NCBI GenBank assembly: GCA_030390025.1
Contig: CM059427.1
Span: 20,150,001-20,214,000, forward strand
Direction of reading: 5' to 3'
From: Squalus acanthias
Lineage: Eukaryota
DNA length: 64,000 nucleotides
The translations under genes and the position numbers were made by a program. Of this stretch, positions 11,931 through 23,801 are shown one piece after another; the first letter of the stretch is position 1; each line of letters starts with the position of its first letter. The notes beneath the pieces are model-generated. The model did not search any database. It worked only from the letters and a program-made list of their open reading frames with translations, and was not told the DNA's origin.

Positions 11931-12209
11931 AACCTCCCAGTTTTAGGAGGAAACTTCAATCTGCGGAAGTAGTCAGAAGCAGTGGTGTCACTCTTGAATG
12001 TGAGGTGGCCGGTACAGGGCCCTTTGACGTTATGTGGTATAAGGACAATAAACAAATTCCGTCTAGTGAAAAATACAAGATGATCTCTAAGAACTTTTTA
12101 ATTAGTCTTCATATTTTGAAGTTGGATATTTCAGTTGTGGGTGACTATAAATGCACAGTAACAAATGATGTGGGAAGCTGCTCCTGCACTTGTGGTGTCA
12201 GTTTAAAAG
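11931..12209 (+). CDS. TTN: Titin Ig exon 19 (type A, 279 nt)
   Basis: atag|AACCT...AAAG|gttag; EPPSFRRKLQ...GDYKCTVTNDVG. Confidence 0.93.
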
Positions 12210-12449
12210 GTTAGTTGCATTGTGATAGGCAAGTACTTTTACTTGTAATGTTGACATAAACAATATGTATTGCTATTTTATTATAATCAGGAAAGAGGAC
12301 AAAGCACAGTTTTAGCAGCTAACATGTAATGTTGACATTTTTAGGGAATAGGCCCCAAAAACAGTATTTATTGCTATTTTATTATAATCATGAAAGCGGA
12401 CAGAGCAAATCACTCATATTTATTTCCGTGCCTGTTTATCTTGAACTAG

Positions 12450-12728
12450 AACCCCCATCATTTATAAGGAAGATTGAAAATGTTACAACCATTGTTGGAA
12501 ATTCTGCTGCGTTTCCATGCCTTGTAAAAGGCTCACAACCTTTATCTATAAGTTGGATGAAAGGTAACGATGATATCAAAGAAGATGATAATATAGCAAT
12601 TTCTTTTGAGAACAATATTGCTATCCTGCAAATTACAGCCGTTGAAGCAAAACATGGTGGGAAATACATTTGTCAAGCCAAAAATGATGCAGGGATTGAG
12701 AAATGTTTTGCTACGTTGATAGTAACAG
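12450..12728 (+). CDS. TTN: Titin Ig exon 20 (type B, 279 nt)
   Basis: ctag|AACCC...ACAG|gttgg. Confidence 0.93.
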
Positions 12729-12885
12729 GTTGGTAGGAAACATTTAGAAATATGATTGGCTAAAATGTAAAAGTCAGTTACTGCTAAGTTCAAATTTATT
12801 TATCATACTAATGTGCAAAAGAAGACCACATTAAAATATTAAACATATTGACAACATTACTCAGCACAGTATTTTTTCTTAACAG

Positions 12886-13164
12886 AATCTGCAAAAATTG
12901 TTGAGAGAGCAATGTCACACAGTGTAACTGTAGGAAATCCAGCAATTTTGGAATGTACTGTAGCTGGTACACCAGACCTAAAAGTTAAGTGGTTTAAAGA
13001 TGGAAAGGAGCTCACATCCACCAGAAAGTGCAAATTGAGCTTTGAGAAAAACATGGCCAGTTTAAAGATTCTGTCGGTAGAGATGTCGAGTAGTGGTGAA
13101 TATACGTTTGAGGTTCAGAATGAATTTGGAGTCGACAGCTGCAAAGCTTCCTTGACAGTATTAG
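12886..13164 (+). CDS. TTN: Titin Ig exon 21 (type C, 279 nt)
   Basis: acag|AATCT...TTAG|gttag. Confidence 0.93.
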
Positions 13165-13291
13165 GTTAGTATTTTAACTGTATTGAGAGATTTGGATGTG
13201 AAAAGGAATGAGGTTAAGGAATGAAAACAAAGTTGGTATTTTAGGCTACTTTTACATCTTAAGCTTACAGGTTGTGCTCTGTGTTGTACAG

Positions 13292-13579
13292 ATCGATTAA
13301 TTGCTCCAACATTTACGAAAAAGTTAAAGGATATGGGTACTACATTGGGGTCTTTCATGACCATGGAGTGCAAAGTATCTGGTTCTCTTCCAATGAAAAT
13401 TCATTGGCATAAAGCTGGGAAGGAGATATCAGATAGTAGCAAATATAAACTATCACAACGAGATAACACTTCATCTTTGGAGATTAATCAACTAGAAATC
13501 GCAGATGGTGGACTTTATACTTGCAGAGTATCAAATGTAGCAGGAAGTGATGAATGCAGTAGCACACTTACTGTGAAAG
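13292..13579 (+). CDS. TTN: Titin Ig exon 22 (type D, 288 nt)
   Basis: acag|ATCGA...AAAG|gtttg; DRLIAPTFTKKL. Confidence 0.93.
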
Positions 13580-13791
13580 GTTTGAAATATTGTCTTTGTG
13601 TTTTCTACTCAATTTCTTAACATGATAGATGTCAGTCGGATTATATTTTAACCTCACCAGAATTTCTTGAAAGTTTGAAATAATTACTCTGAATTTATTA
13701 AAGAGTTATATAGTTTATAACACAAAAGTTGATGAATCTTTATACGTGCTCTTTATCGCAACAAATATATTTTTTCTTCAATGAATTTTAG

Positions 13792-14070
13792 AACCACCAA
13801 GATTTATAGTAAAGCCAGTGTCACAGGAGGTCCCCCCCTGTTCTGCAGTTCAGTTCAAGAGTGATGTGAAAGGAACACCTCCCCTGTCTTTCAAATGGTT
13901 TAAGGATGACAAGGAACTAAGTTCTGATGCTACATGTTGCATTGTGATGGAAGGTTCATCCAGTTTTGTACAACTGTATTCAGTAAAACATTCTAATACA
14001 GGATACTATACTTGCCACGTCACCAATGATGTTGGCACAGATACTTGTACAGCAAAATTGTTTGTGACAG
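13792..14070 (+). CDS. TTN: Titin Ig exon 23 (type E, 279 nt)
   Basis: ttag|AACCA...ACAG|gtgtg. Confidence 0.93.
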
Positions 14071-14535
14071 GTGTGGATATTTTGTGTTGTGTTGGTATAT
14101 TTTATCAGTGTCTTGTTTGTGTTTTACTTGTCAATGTCTTTAAGTTGCTGAGTATTCTCAGTACATACAAATCTTCTTTCTTGTCTGTGTTCTATGTTAG
14201 CATCTTGTGTTCTTCTTGACATCAATTGTGTGTACCCATCTTATACTCTTTATCACATCAATTCTATATTAGCTTCTTATACTCTTCTTGATCTCGAGAA
14301 TATATTATCACCTTGTACTCTTAATTAAAGCAATTCTATTGTATGATTCTTATATATAACACTAAAAAAATTATATTTGATTTATATATGTCTTTTTAAA
14401 AGAATTTGTAACATTCTCTTATGCGATTTGTATTCAGTATTCCACTTCTTTCCACATATTTCACAATTCCAATTATTCCAAAACGTAACATTCTTGTAAC
14501 TCTGGCACTAAATATATTCTATTTTGGTTTCCCAG

Positions 14536-14817
14536 AGCCCCCAACTTTCACACAGAAGCTGGAACCATCCAAAGTACTGAAGAAGGGTGAATCAGCACAT
14601 TTTGAGTGCAAAGTGACTGGCACGCCTGAAATCAAGGTTTCATGGTTCAAGAATGATGTTGAAATTAGTGCTGGTAACAAATACAAAATGCATTTTGATA
14701 ATTCTGTAGCAGTTCTTGAAATCATTGATGCTGATTTGGAAGATAGCGGTGATTACATTTGTGACGCTCAAAATGAAGCTGGCAGTGTCAGTTGCAGTGT
14801 AGCTGTTACAGTCAAAG
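14536..14817 (+). CDS. TTN: Titin Ig exon 24 (type F, 282 nt; start of ten-domain module)
   Basis: ccag|AGCCC...AAAG|gtagg; EPPTFTQKLEPSKVLKKGE. Confidence 0.93.
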
Positions 14818-14923
14818 GTAGGTAGCTTTTTTCAGGTGCATATGAAAATGTTTCTCCAAGTTATAATGCAAGTATCTTTTCTTCATGAATGCATAAATGA
14901 GACAAATTATGATCTTCTTACAG

Positions 14924-15202
14924 AACCTCCTGTTTTCAGTAAAACACTTGAGGCAGTTGATGTACTAAAAGGCTCTGATATAATACTGCAGTGTGAATTC
15001 AGTGGTACATCTCCTTTTGAAGTTACCTGGTACAAAGACAAACGGCAAATCCGAGCAAGTAAAAAGTATAAAATAACTTATGAAAACCATGTAGCAAGTC
15101 TTCATATTCTTAAAGTAGAGACTCCAGACATAGGGGAATACATGTGCACGGCCAAGAATGATGTGGGAAGTGACAATTGCACTGGCACATTAAATCTAAA
15201 AG
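14924..15202 (+). CDS. TTN: Titin Ig exon 25 (type A, 279 nt)
   Basis: acag|AACCT...AAAG|gttgg. Confidence 0.93.
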
Positions 15203-15314
15203 GTTGGTAAATTTTCCAAATTGTACATTTAAATGTTACTACTGTTACAATTTTAGGAACACATTTCTTTAAGTTTATGTTTCACATGTAAGGAATATTT
15301 CTTCAATTCTTCAG

Positions 15315-15593
15315 AGCCAGCAGTATTTGTGAAGAAACTTTCAAACATTTCTTCTGTGCTTGGAGAGTCTGTAACCTTACAAGCTACCATTAAAGGCTCA
15401 GAACCAATTAATGTAACATGGATGAAGGAAAAGGAAGAAGTGAAAGATAATGAGTACATGACTATTACCTATGAACAAAACATTGTTACGTTACATATTG
15501 CAAAAATGGAGCTAGTTCACGCTGGAAAGTATGCTTGCCAAATCAAAAATGATGCTGGAATGCAAGAGTGCCCTGCTACAGTATCACTCCTGG
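15315..15593 (+). CDS. TTN: Titin Ig exon 26 (type B, 279 nt)
   Basis: tcag|AGCCA...CTGG|gtcag. Confidence 0.93.
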
Positions 15594-15723
15594 GTCAGTA
15601 ACCTAATGTCAATATATTAGATGTTTCTAGAATTTAATTCATTTTTGAAAGGATTACCAACTATTATTCTATTTGCCAATGTATATCAAGAATATTTTGT
15701 AAAAAGAAGTTTTCTTCTTCTAG

Positions 15724-16002
15724 AACCTGCCACAATAGTGGAAAAAGCAGAATCTGTCAGTGTAACCATAGGAGATCCAGCAACTTTGGAATGCATTGTT
15801 AGAGGCACACCAGAACTAATAGCAAAATGGTTGAAAGATGGTCAAGTGTTGGCATCTGGTAGAAAATATAAGATCAGTTTTCGAAATGAGATTGCCAGCC
15901 TAAAGATTCTGTCTGCAGAGAAGGCAGACAGTGGTGAATATACTTTTGAAGTCCAGAATAACGTCGGTAGCAGCAGCTGCAAAGCATCAGTCAGCATTCT
16001 AG
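15724..16002 (+). CDS. TTN: Titin Ig exon 27 (type C, 279 nt)
   Basis: ctag|AACCT...CTAG|gtttg; EPATIVEKAES. Confidence 0.93.
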
Positions 16003-16107
16003 GTTTGGTTCACTACTTTTTCTTATTCATACTGTTTTCTTTAGGATTTCTTAAATATTTTTTTTAAATCCCTTTATAATCATGGTTTATTGGTGTAACT
16101 TAAACAG

Positions 16108-16395
16108 ATCGAATTATTCCACCAACATTTACAAGAAAATTAAAGAAAGTGGACGGTATCTTGGCTTCTCCCATCCAAATGGAGTGCAAGGTGTCTGGAT
16201 CACTGCCCATTGCTATGTCTTGGTTCAAAGACGGGCAGGAGATTGTACATGGAGAAAAATATCATCTTGCATTTGGAGATAATACATGTGATTTGAAAGT
16301 AAATTCATTGGAAATGTCAGACGCTGGCAATTATACATGTAAAGCAACAAATTCTGCAGGAAGTGATGAATGCAGTGGTGTCTTGACCGTGAAAG
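16108..16395 (+). CDS. TTN: Titin Ig exon 28 (type D, 288 nt)
   Basis: acag|ATCGA...AAAG|gtcag; DRIIPPTFTRKL. Confidence 0.93.
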
Positions 16396-17001
16396 GTCAG
16401 TTTATTTCTTAATGAAGATTCCAGTATTTTCCTTACCCCTTGTATATAAATTCTGTTTATCATTTGTATTCTAAATGATTTTTGTTTGGTACTCCACTGG
16501 TCTATAAGTGTGTAAATGTCACCATGTGACATGACACTGAGCCTTGTCGAGCAAGAAGGTCGCAAGTCAGTGGTCGGAGACATTATAATTGGCCTCCGTG
16601 CCCTGAGATAGAAAATGGGGGGAAAAAAATCAACCAGCAGTCCTGTCGTCACTTTCTTGGGACTCCAGCTTGAAAGTGCACTGATGTGGGTGTTGGGTCA
16701 GGACAGAATCGGGCTCAGCTATGATCATTTTCATGGTCAAATGGCCTGCTGATGCCGACCTTCCAGACTTAGCCATGAAGAATGGTCAGTTGGGTGAGGT
16801 ACTGGAAGGCTGCTATTACCTGTGGATTAGCAGGAGTCACTGCCATCAGGAAAGAGGGTAACAAAGGGGTAATAATTGTGAAAAAAGTAGAAAAACTGAT
16901 TTTGTTTTTATTCATAACAAAAAATTAAGATCTTAAATTTAAATCTCTGGTAAATTTATAACTTAATGTTACATTACACTATTTTGCTTTGACCCCTTTA
17001 G

Positions 17002-17280
17002 AACCGCCCTCATTTGTGAGCAAACCTGATCCTCAGGAAGTTTTACCTGGTTCGACAATGAGATTTGTAAGCGTTGTTACTGGAACAGTTCCACTGAAAG
17101 TGAAATGGTTTAAAGGTAGCACTGAACTGGTACCAGGAAGGAAATATCAAATTTCTTTAAGTGACTCAACAGCAGTACTAGAGCTACTAAACGTAGATCC
17201 TTCCCAAAGTGGAGACTATATCTGCCAAGTCAGTAATGAAGCTGGCAAAGATTCTTGTACAACAAAATTATTTGTGAAAG
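17002..17280 (+). CDS. TTN: Titin Ig exon 29 (type E, 279 nt)
   Basis: ttag|AACCG...AAAG|gtttg; EPPSFVSKPDP. Confidence 0.93.
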
Positions 17281-17368
17281 GTTTGTAAAGTACAGATTTA
17301 AAGAAAGAACATTTTGCTTGAGTTGCTAGGATTTTTTTGACAACTGTTTTCATATGTATCTTTACCAG

Positions 17369-17647
17369 AACCAGCAGTATTCCAGAAGAAATTGAAGGAT
17401 TCTAGTGTTGTACTGGGAAAGTCAGTTTGTCTAGATTGCACATACTCTGGTACCCCAGAAATCAAAGTCATCTGGAAGAAGAATGGATCAGATATATTCC
17501 AGTCTGAAAATCATATTATAACTACTACTGAAACATCTTGTATTTTGGAGATTCTCAACAGTGTTAGAGACGATGGAGCAAAATACACTTGTGAGGTAGA
17601 AAATGATGCTGGAAGGGACACCTGTCATGCTGAAGTGAAAATACTAG
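17369..17647 (+). CDS. TTN: Titin Ig exon 30 (279 nt)
   Basis: ccag|AACCA...CTAG|gtttg; CTYSGTPEIKVIW. Confidence 0.93.
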
Positions 17648-17825
17648 GTTTGTTCCTAATCATGCATCAACATTTTGTTTCTTTGGCTTTCTTTTTTTAT
17701 ATGTATAATATGCCTCCTGGGAAGATGGCACGGGGCGGGATGGGTACCCGTCCCCAGATTCTGCCCTTTTCCCGGCGGTCCCGCCTCCAAACCCACCTCC
17801 CCAGGGCTGGCAAATTCGCCCCCAA

Positions 17826-18712
17826 AGAGTCTGCAAAGGGATATAGATAGGTTAAGTGAGTGGGCAAAAATTTGGCAGATGGAGTATAATGTGGGAAAAT
17901 GTGAGGTTATCCACTTTGGTAGGAAGAATAAAAAGCAAATTATTATTTAAATGGAGAGAGACTACAAAATGCGGCGGTACAGAGGGATCTGGGGGTCCTC
18001 GTACATGAAACACAAAAAGTTAGCGTGCAGGTGCAGCAAGTAATTAGGAAGGCAAATGGAATGTTGGCCTTTATTGCAAGGGAGGTGGAGTATAAAAGCA
18101 GGGAAGTCCTGTTACAACTGTACAAGGCGCTGGTGAGACCACACCTAGAGTACTGCGTGCAGTTTTGGTCTCCTTATTTAAGGAGGGATATACTTGCATT
18201 GGAGGCAGTTCAGAGAAGGTTCACTAGGTTGATTCCTGAGATGAAGGGGTTGTCTTATGAAGAAAGGTTGAGCAGGTTGGGCCTATACTCATTGGAGTTT
18301 AGAAGAATGAGAGGTGATCTTATTGAATCATGTAAGATTCTGAGGGCTTGACGGGGTAGATGCAGAGAGGATGTTTCCCCTCGTGGGGGAATCTAGAACT
18401 AGGGGGCATAGTTTCAGAATAAGGGGTCACCCATTTAAAACGGAGAGGAGGAGGAATTTCTTCTCTCAGAGGGTCGTGAATCTTTGGAATTCTCTACCCC
18501 AGAGAGCTGTGGAGGCGGAGTCATTGAATATATTCAAGGCAGAGATAGACAGATATTTGAGCTACAGGGGAGTCAAGGGTTATGGGGAGCGGGCGGGAAA
18601 GTGGATTTGAGGCCAAGATCAGATCAGCCATGATCTTATTGAATGGTGGGGCAGACTCGAGGGGCCAAATGGCCTACTCCTGCTCCTATTTCTTATGTTC
18701 TTATGTTCTTAT
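17826..18712 (+). mobile_element. CR1-clade LINE (HER1-like), 5'-truncated; RT C-terminus and 3' tail
   Basis: LQRDIDRLSEWAKIWQMEYNVGKC and LVRPHLEYCVQFWSP motifs with frameshifts; ends in (TTCTTATG)n tail. Confidence 0.92.
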
Positions 18713-18760
18713 ATTCTTTAATTGTTGATCTATATTGATTATACCTTGATTATACCTTAG

Positions 18761-19039
18761 AACCACCAACATTTGTCCAACATTTAGAGCCTCTGGAAAT
18801 AACAGTAGGAGACTCAGGATCTTTTGAATGCACACTTACTGGAACACCTGAAATCAATGTGGCTTGGTACAAAGGAGACACGAAACTGAGAGCCACCCCT
18901 AATTGCAAAATGGAGTTTGTGAACAATGTTGCAAAAATGGAACTGAAGAAAGCAACTTTGAGTGACTGTGGGGAATTTATATGCAAAGCTGAAAATAAAA
19001 TAGGGGCCTGTTCATCAAAGGCCATGCTCACTGTACAAG
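18761..19039 (+). CDS. TTN: Titin Ig exon 31 (279 nt)
   Basis: ttag|AACCA...CAAG|gtgat; EPPTFVQHLEP. Confidence 0.92.
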
Positions 19040-19178
19040 GTGATATTGCTTGACAGATTGGCATAAGTCTGCATGCCATACATTTCTCTGTTTTAATCTT
19101 TTCATTGTGGTTCAAAAAAATCATTTCCTGAATAATCACAGTTTTGATGAACTCATTCTGTAACTGTTTATTTTACAG

Positions 19179-19466
19179 AACTTAAAACTGCGCCTTCTTT
19201 CACAAGAAAAATTCAGAATATGGAAGGCACTCTTCATCTTCCAGTGACATTTGAGTGTCGTATTTCTGGTTCAGCTCCTATTGAAACTTCTTGGTTTAAA
19301 GATGGAGTAAAATTGGCCAGTGCAGAAAACTTAATTATATCTTTCATAGAGAACACAGCATCTCTTACAATTCTTAACACTGAAATGGATCATGCTGGTG
19401 AATACACTTGCAAAGCTTCCAACATGGTTGGAGATGCTTCATGTAGTTCCAAACTAACTCTGAAAG
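19179..19466 (+). CDS. TTN: Titin Ig exon 32 (288 nt)
   Basis: acag|AACTT...AAAG|gtttg; APSFTRK...PVTFECRISGS. Confidence 0.93.
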
Positions 19467-19645
19467 GTTTGTTGGTTAAAATATTTACTAAATATCTTCA
19501 GCTTTTTGTCTTTATTATCCTTTACCTTAATTTTGTAGTATTTACACTTTAATATCTGCTTCTTTTACCTGTCATTCCTAGATGTTATTGCTTTACTATT
19601 GATAGTATTATGACAGAAAATAATTATTTCTTGTTATATTTTTAG

Positions 19646-19933
19646 AACCTAGAGTTGCCCCTGTATTTGACAAAAAACTAGAACCAGTAGAAGTTACCAC
19701 TGGGCAAAGTGTAGAGCTTGAATGCCATTTAATTGGCTCTCGCCCAATTAAAGTTATTTGGCTGAAGGGTGACAAAGAGATTCGATCAGGTGGCAATTAC
19801 AAGATAACCTGTGCGGAAAATACACCTCATCTGACAATTCTAAAAGCAGACAAGGGAGACTCTTGCCAGTACATTTGTGAGGCCAGCAATGATATTGGAA
19901 ATGACTCATGCAAAACGCAAGTGACTGTAAAAG
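19646..19933 (+). CDS. TTN: Titin Ig exon 33 (288 nt; end of ten-domain module)
   Basis: ttag|AACCT...AAAG|gtatt; EIRSGGNYKITCAENTPHL. Confidence 0.92.
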
Positions 19934-20074
19934 GTATTGCTCAATATCAGTTATTATTCTTTTCCCCCTGGTACAGTATTCCAGGCTAAACTTTATTCAT
20001 TTGGAACAAGAATGTTGCTACTTGTTAGTTTTACTTCTTCATTATGATTATTTTCCAGTTACTTGTTCAGTTTT

Positions 20075-21940
20075 ACATAGAAACATAGAAGATAGGAGCA
20101 GGAGTAGGCCATTCAGCCCCTCGAGCCTGCTCCGCCATTCAATGAGATCATGGCTGATCATCCAAATTCAGTACCCCATCCCTGCCTTCTCCCCATATCC
20201 CTTGATCCCTTTAGCTTTAAGAAATATATCTAACTCCTTCTTGAATATATTTAATGAGTTGGCCTCTACTGCCTTCTGTGGCAGAGAATTCCACAGGTTC
20301 ACCACTCTCTGGGTGAAGAAATTCCTCCTCATCTCAGTCCCAAATGGCTTACCCCTTATCCTTAGACTGTGACCCCTGGTTCTGGACTCCCCGGCCATTG
20401 GGAACATCCTTCCTGCATCTAGTCTGTCTAGTCCTGTTAGAATTTTATAAGTTTCAATGAGATCCCCTCTCATTCTTCTAAACTCCAGCGAGTATAAGCC
20501 CAATCGACCCAATCTCTCCTCATACGTCATTCCTGCCATCCCAGGTATCAGCCTGGTAAATCTTCGCTGCACTCCCTCCATGGCAAGAACATTCTTCCTC
20601 AGATAAGGCGACCAAAACTGCACACAATACTCAAGATGTGGTCTCACCAAGGCCCTGTACAACTGCAGCAAGACATCCTTGTTCCTGTACTCGAACCCTT
20701 TCGCTACGAAGGCCAACATACCATTTGCCTTCTTAACCGCCTGCTGCACCTGCATGCTTACCTTCAGCGACTGGTGCACAAGGACACCCAGGTCTCGTTG
20801 CACTTCCCCTTCTCCCAATCTATTGCCATTCAGATAATAATCTGCCTTCCTGTTTTTGACACCAAAGTGGATAACCTCGCATTTATCCACATTATATTGC
20901 ATCTGCCATGCTTCTGCCCAATCACCCAACCTGTCCAAATCATACTGGAGTTTCTCGGCATCCTCCTCACGGCACACACTCACACCCAGCTTTGTGTCGT
21001 CTGCAAACTTGGAGATATTACATCTAGTTCCCTCGTCTAGATCATTAATATATATTGTGAATAGCTGGGGTCCTAGGACCAATCCCTGCGGTACCCCACT
21101 AGTCACTGCCTGCCACTCGGAAAAAGACCCATTTATTCCAACTCATTGCTTTCTGTCTGCCAACCAGTTCTCTATCCAAGTCAATACCTTGCCACCAATC
21201 CCATGTGCCTTAACATTACACGCTAATCTCTTATGCGGGACCTTATCGAAAGCCTTCTGAAAGTCCAAATACACCACATCCACTGGTTCTCCCTTATCTA
21301 TTTTACCAGTTACATCCTCAAAAAATTCCAGTAGATTAGTCAAGCACGATTTACCTTTTGTAAATCCATGTTGACTTTGTCCGATCCTGTCACTGTTTTC
21401 CAAGTGCTCTGCTATTACATCTTTTATAATGGACTCTAGCATTTTCCCCACTACCGATGTCAGGCTTACCGGTCTAGTAATTCCCCGTTTTCTCTCTACC
21501 ACCTTTTTTGAATAGTGGGGTAACATTAGCTACCCTCCAAACCATGGGTACTGTTCCAGAGTCTATAGAATTTTGGAAGATGACCAGCAATGCATCTACT
21601 ATTTCTAGGGCCACTTCCTTAAGTACCCTAGGATGTAGATTATCAGGCCCTGGGGATTTATCGGCCTTCAATCCCGTCAATTTCCCTAACACTATTTCCC
21701 TACAAATACTGATTTCTTTCAGTTCCTCCCTCTCATTAGACCCTATGTTCCCCGACATCTCTGGGAGGTTATTTGTGTCCTCCTTTGTGAAGACAGAACC
21801 AAAGTATGTATTTAATTGATCTGCCATTTCTTTGTTCCCCATTATAAATTCCCCTGATTCTGACTGCAAGGGACCTACGCTTGACTTCACCAATCTTTTT
21901 CTCTTCACATATCTATAAAAGCTTTTACAGTCAGTTTTTT
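20075..21940 (-). mobile_element. CR1-clade LINE (HER1-like), 5'-truncated; RT domain
   Basis: Minus-strand ORFs with YLDFQKAFDKVPH, GVPQG, KFADDTK; tail reads (ACATAGAA)n on + strand. Confidence 0.95.
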
Positions 21941-22243
21941 GTTATGTTATCCATGTGGAGCTCTTCTTTTGCCAGTAAGACATTCGGGAAAGGCAATTAC
22001 TTAAAAACAAATTTATACTGTGAAAAGTAACATCAAAAGTGGTGAAAATCTTTTTAATCCTCATCAATAACTCATAATTTTACTCACCCACCACCATCCA
22101 TTTCTTCAGGCATATTTACAGGTCTTCACTTTTTAAAAGATTTCTCACGTGGAAACGTAACATCACTGAAGAAATGTAAAATATATCTATATCTTTTGGA
22201 TATTTGTAATACTAATTCATGTTGCTATACCTGTCTGTTACAG

Positions 22244-22534
22244 ATCGTATAATTCCACCAAGCTTTACTAAAAAACCTCTTGAAACAATACAGGATACAG
22301 AAGGAATATCTATAAAACTTGAAGCTCGTGTTGCTGGTTCACAACCAATGTCTGTAACCTGGTTCAGAGATGAACAAGAGATCTTGCAAACTGAAAATTA
22401 TGAATTGTCATTTAAAAATAATGTAGTAATGTTGAACATTAAGAAAGCACATCTTACTGATTCTGCTGTTTATACATGTGAAGCAGCCAATGAAGCAGGC
22501 ACTGCAAGGTTTAATGTGTCTGTACTAATCAAAG
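22244..22534 (+). CDS. TTN: Titin Ig exon 34 (291 nt; I78-like)
   Basis: acag|ATCGT...AAAG|gttag; IPPSFTKK...TEG.S.KLEARVAGSQP. Confidence 0.93.
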
Positions 22535-23116
22535 GTTAGTGATGAAGACTATTATTTTATCACTCTTGGTTCCTGATAATAGTGGATGGGGAATCTAATG
22601 CTTGCAAATTCTACTATTGCTTATTTAGACAAATATATTGGTAATTTTTTTTAAAGATTTTACTTGATATCCTTTATTATTCTTCTGTCTAATAGGCATT
22701 CTAAACTCTTTGCCTGTTGTCAGCTGTTATCATCAACATTTCATTTAGATCTTATCTTTCAACCAATGCCTACTACAGAAAATATGTATAAGCTGTTCAA
22801 TGTCAACGGGAAATATGGATACTAATTGCTATGGAAGGTTTTTACATTCTTCTAGGTTCTGAGACAGCAAGTTCTTTTTTTATTACGATTTGTATTTTTT
22901 CCTGCCTGCTACTATAATAATGTTGAACTCTAACTAAAGTGGTATGAGTTCAAATCTTACTTGACAGTAATTCAGACTTATTTTTTTAATCTTTGGACAA
23001 GTTTTACCATTTCCTGGACAGGTGACTGGCTGAAACACTGTGTAGCGGGAGGGTGCGAAACACCGCTAGAAAAAGTATTGCCCAGCAAAAATGCACATTT
23101 TGTTAGCAAGTTATGG

Positions 23117-23572
23117 AGAAAGAAAGAATTGCATTTATACAGCGCCTTTCACGACCTCAGGACGTCCCAAAGCACTTTACAGCCAATGAAGTACTTTTGA
23201 AATGTAGTCACTGTTGTAATGTAGAAAATGCAGCAGCCAATTGCACACAGCAAGCTCACACATGCGATAATGACCAGATAATCTGTTTTAGTGATGTTGA
23301 TTGAGGGATAATTACTGGCCAGGACACTGGAGATAACTCTCCTGCTCTTCTTCGAAATAGTGCCCTGGGATCTTTTACGTCTACCTGAGAGAGCAGACAG
23401 GGGCCTCGGCTTAACGTCTCATCTGAAAGACGACACCTCTGACAGTGCAGCACTCCCTCAGCACTGCACTGGAGTGTCAGCCTAGTTTTTTGTGCTCAAG
23501 TCTCTGGAGTAGGACTTGAACCCACAGCGTTCTGACTCCGAGGCGAGACTGCTGCCAACTGAGCCATGGCTG
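23117..23572 (-). mobile_element. tRNA-derived SINE, SacSINE1/DeuSINE-like, near full length
   Basis: Minus-strand head with A box TGGCTCAGTTGG and B box GGTTCAAGTCC; tail GCTGTATAAATGCAA plus (TTTC)n. Confidence 0.8.
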
Positions 23573-23801
23573 TCGTGCCATTAATGATGGCTGTGAAGTA
23601 GTCTGCAGCACACACCGCTAAACTCTCCTGGATGAAAGAGGAAATGTGATGATGGGAAACAGCAATGGGTAAACTCAAAGCGGGGGGGGGGGGGGTGCGG
23701 GGTACGGACTGGGTAAAATAAATAATTTAAAGAAGATCTTATGTTTGATTATTACAGATTTTCCATTTTACATACTGACATTTATTTTGTTGTTGTTTTA
23801 G

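Larger units (their letters stand above)
7603..11965 (+). repeat. Segmental duplication: near-identical copy of 1..~3532 (six Ig exons plus introns)
   Basis: Position 1 aligns with 7603 (offset 7602, rising to ~8433 after the MITE insertion); exons and most introns match almost base for base. Confidence 0.95.

Noticed and set aside
1-11965. Duplication dismissed as a pure assembly artefact
   Set aside because: The copies differ by scattered substitutions, a MITE and a strongly diverged intron segment, and a distinct module lies between them. Not fully excluded without reads.
1130-19796. Repeated minus-strand ORFs (e.g. ...NSGVPATVHSK...) suggesting an antisense gene family
   Set aside because: They are the reverse complement of the conserved CTVxGTPE Ig codons, with no independent coding signal.
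20168-21106. 312-aa reverse-transcriptase ORF as a functional or domesticated gene
   Set aside because: It is part of a 5'-truncated, frameshifted CR1 with no endonuclease or ORF1. The same applies to 40233-41937.
23680-23696. Poly-G run as a regulatory site
   Set aside because: An isolated homopolymer with no supporting context.
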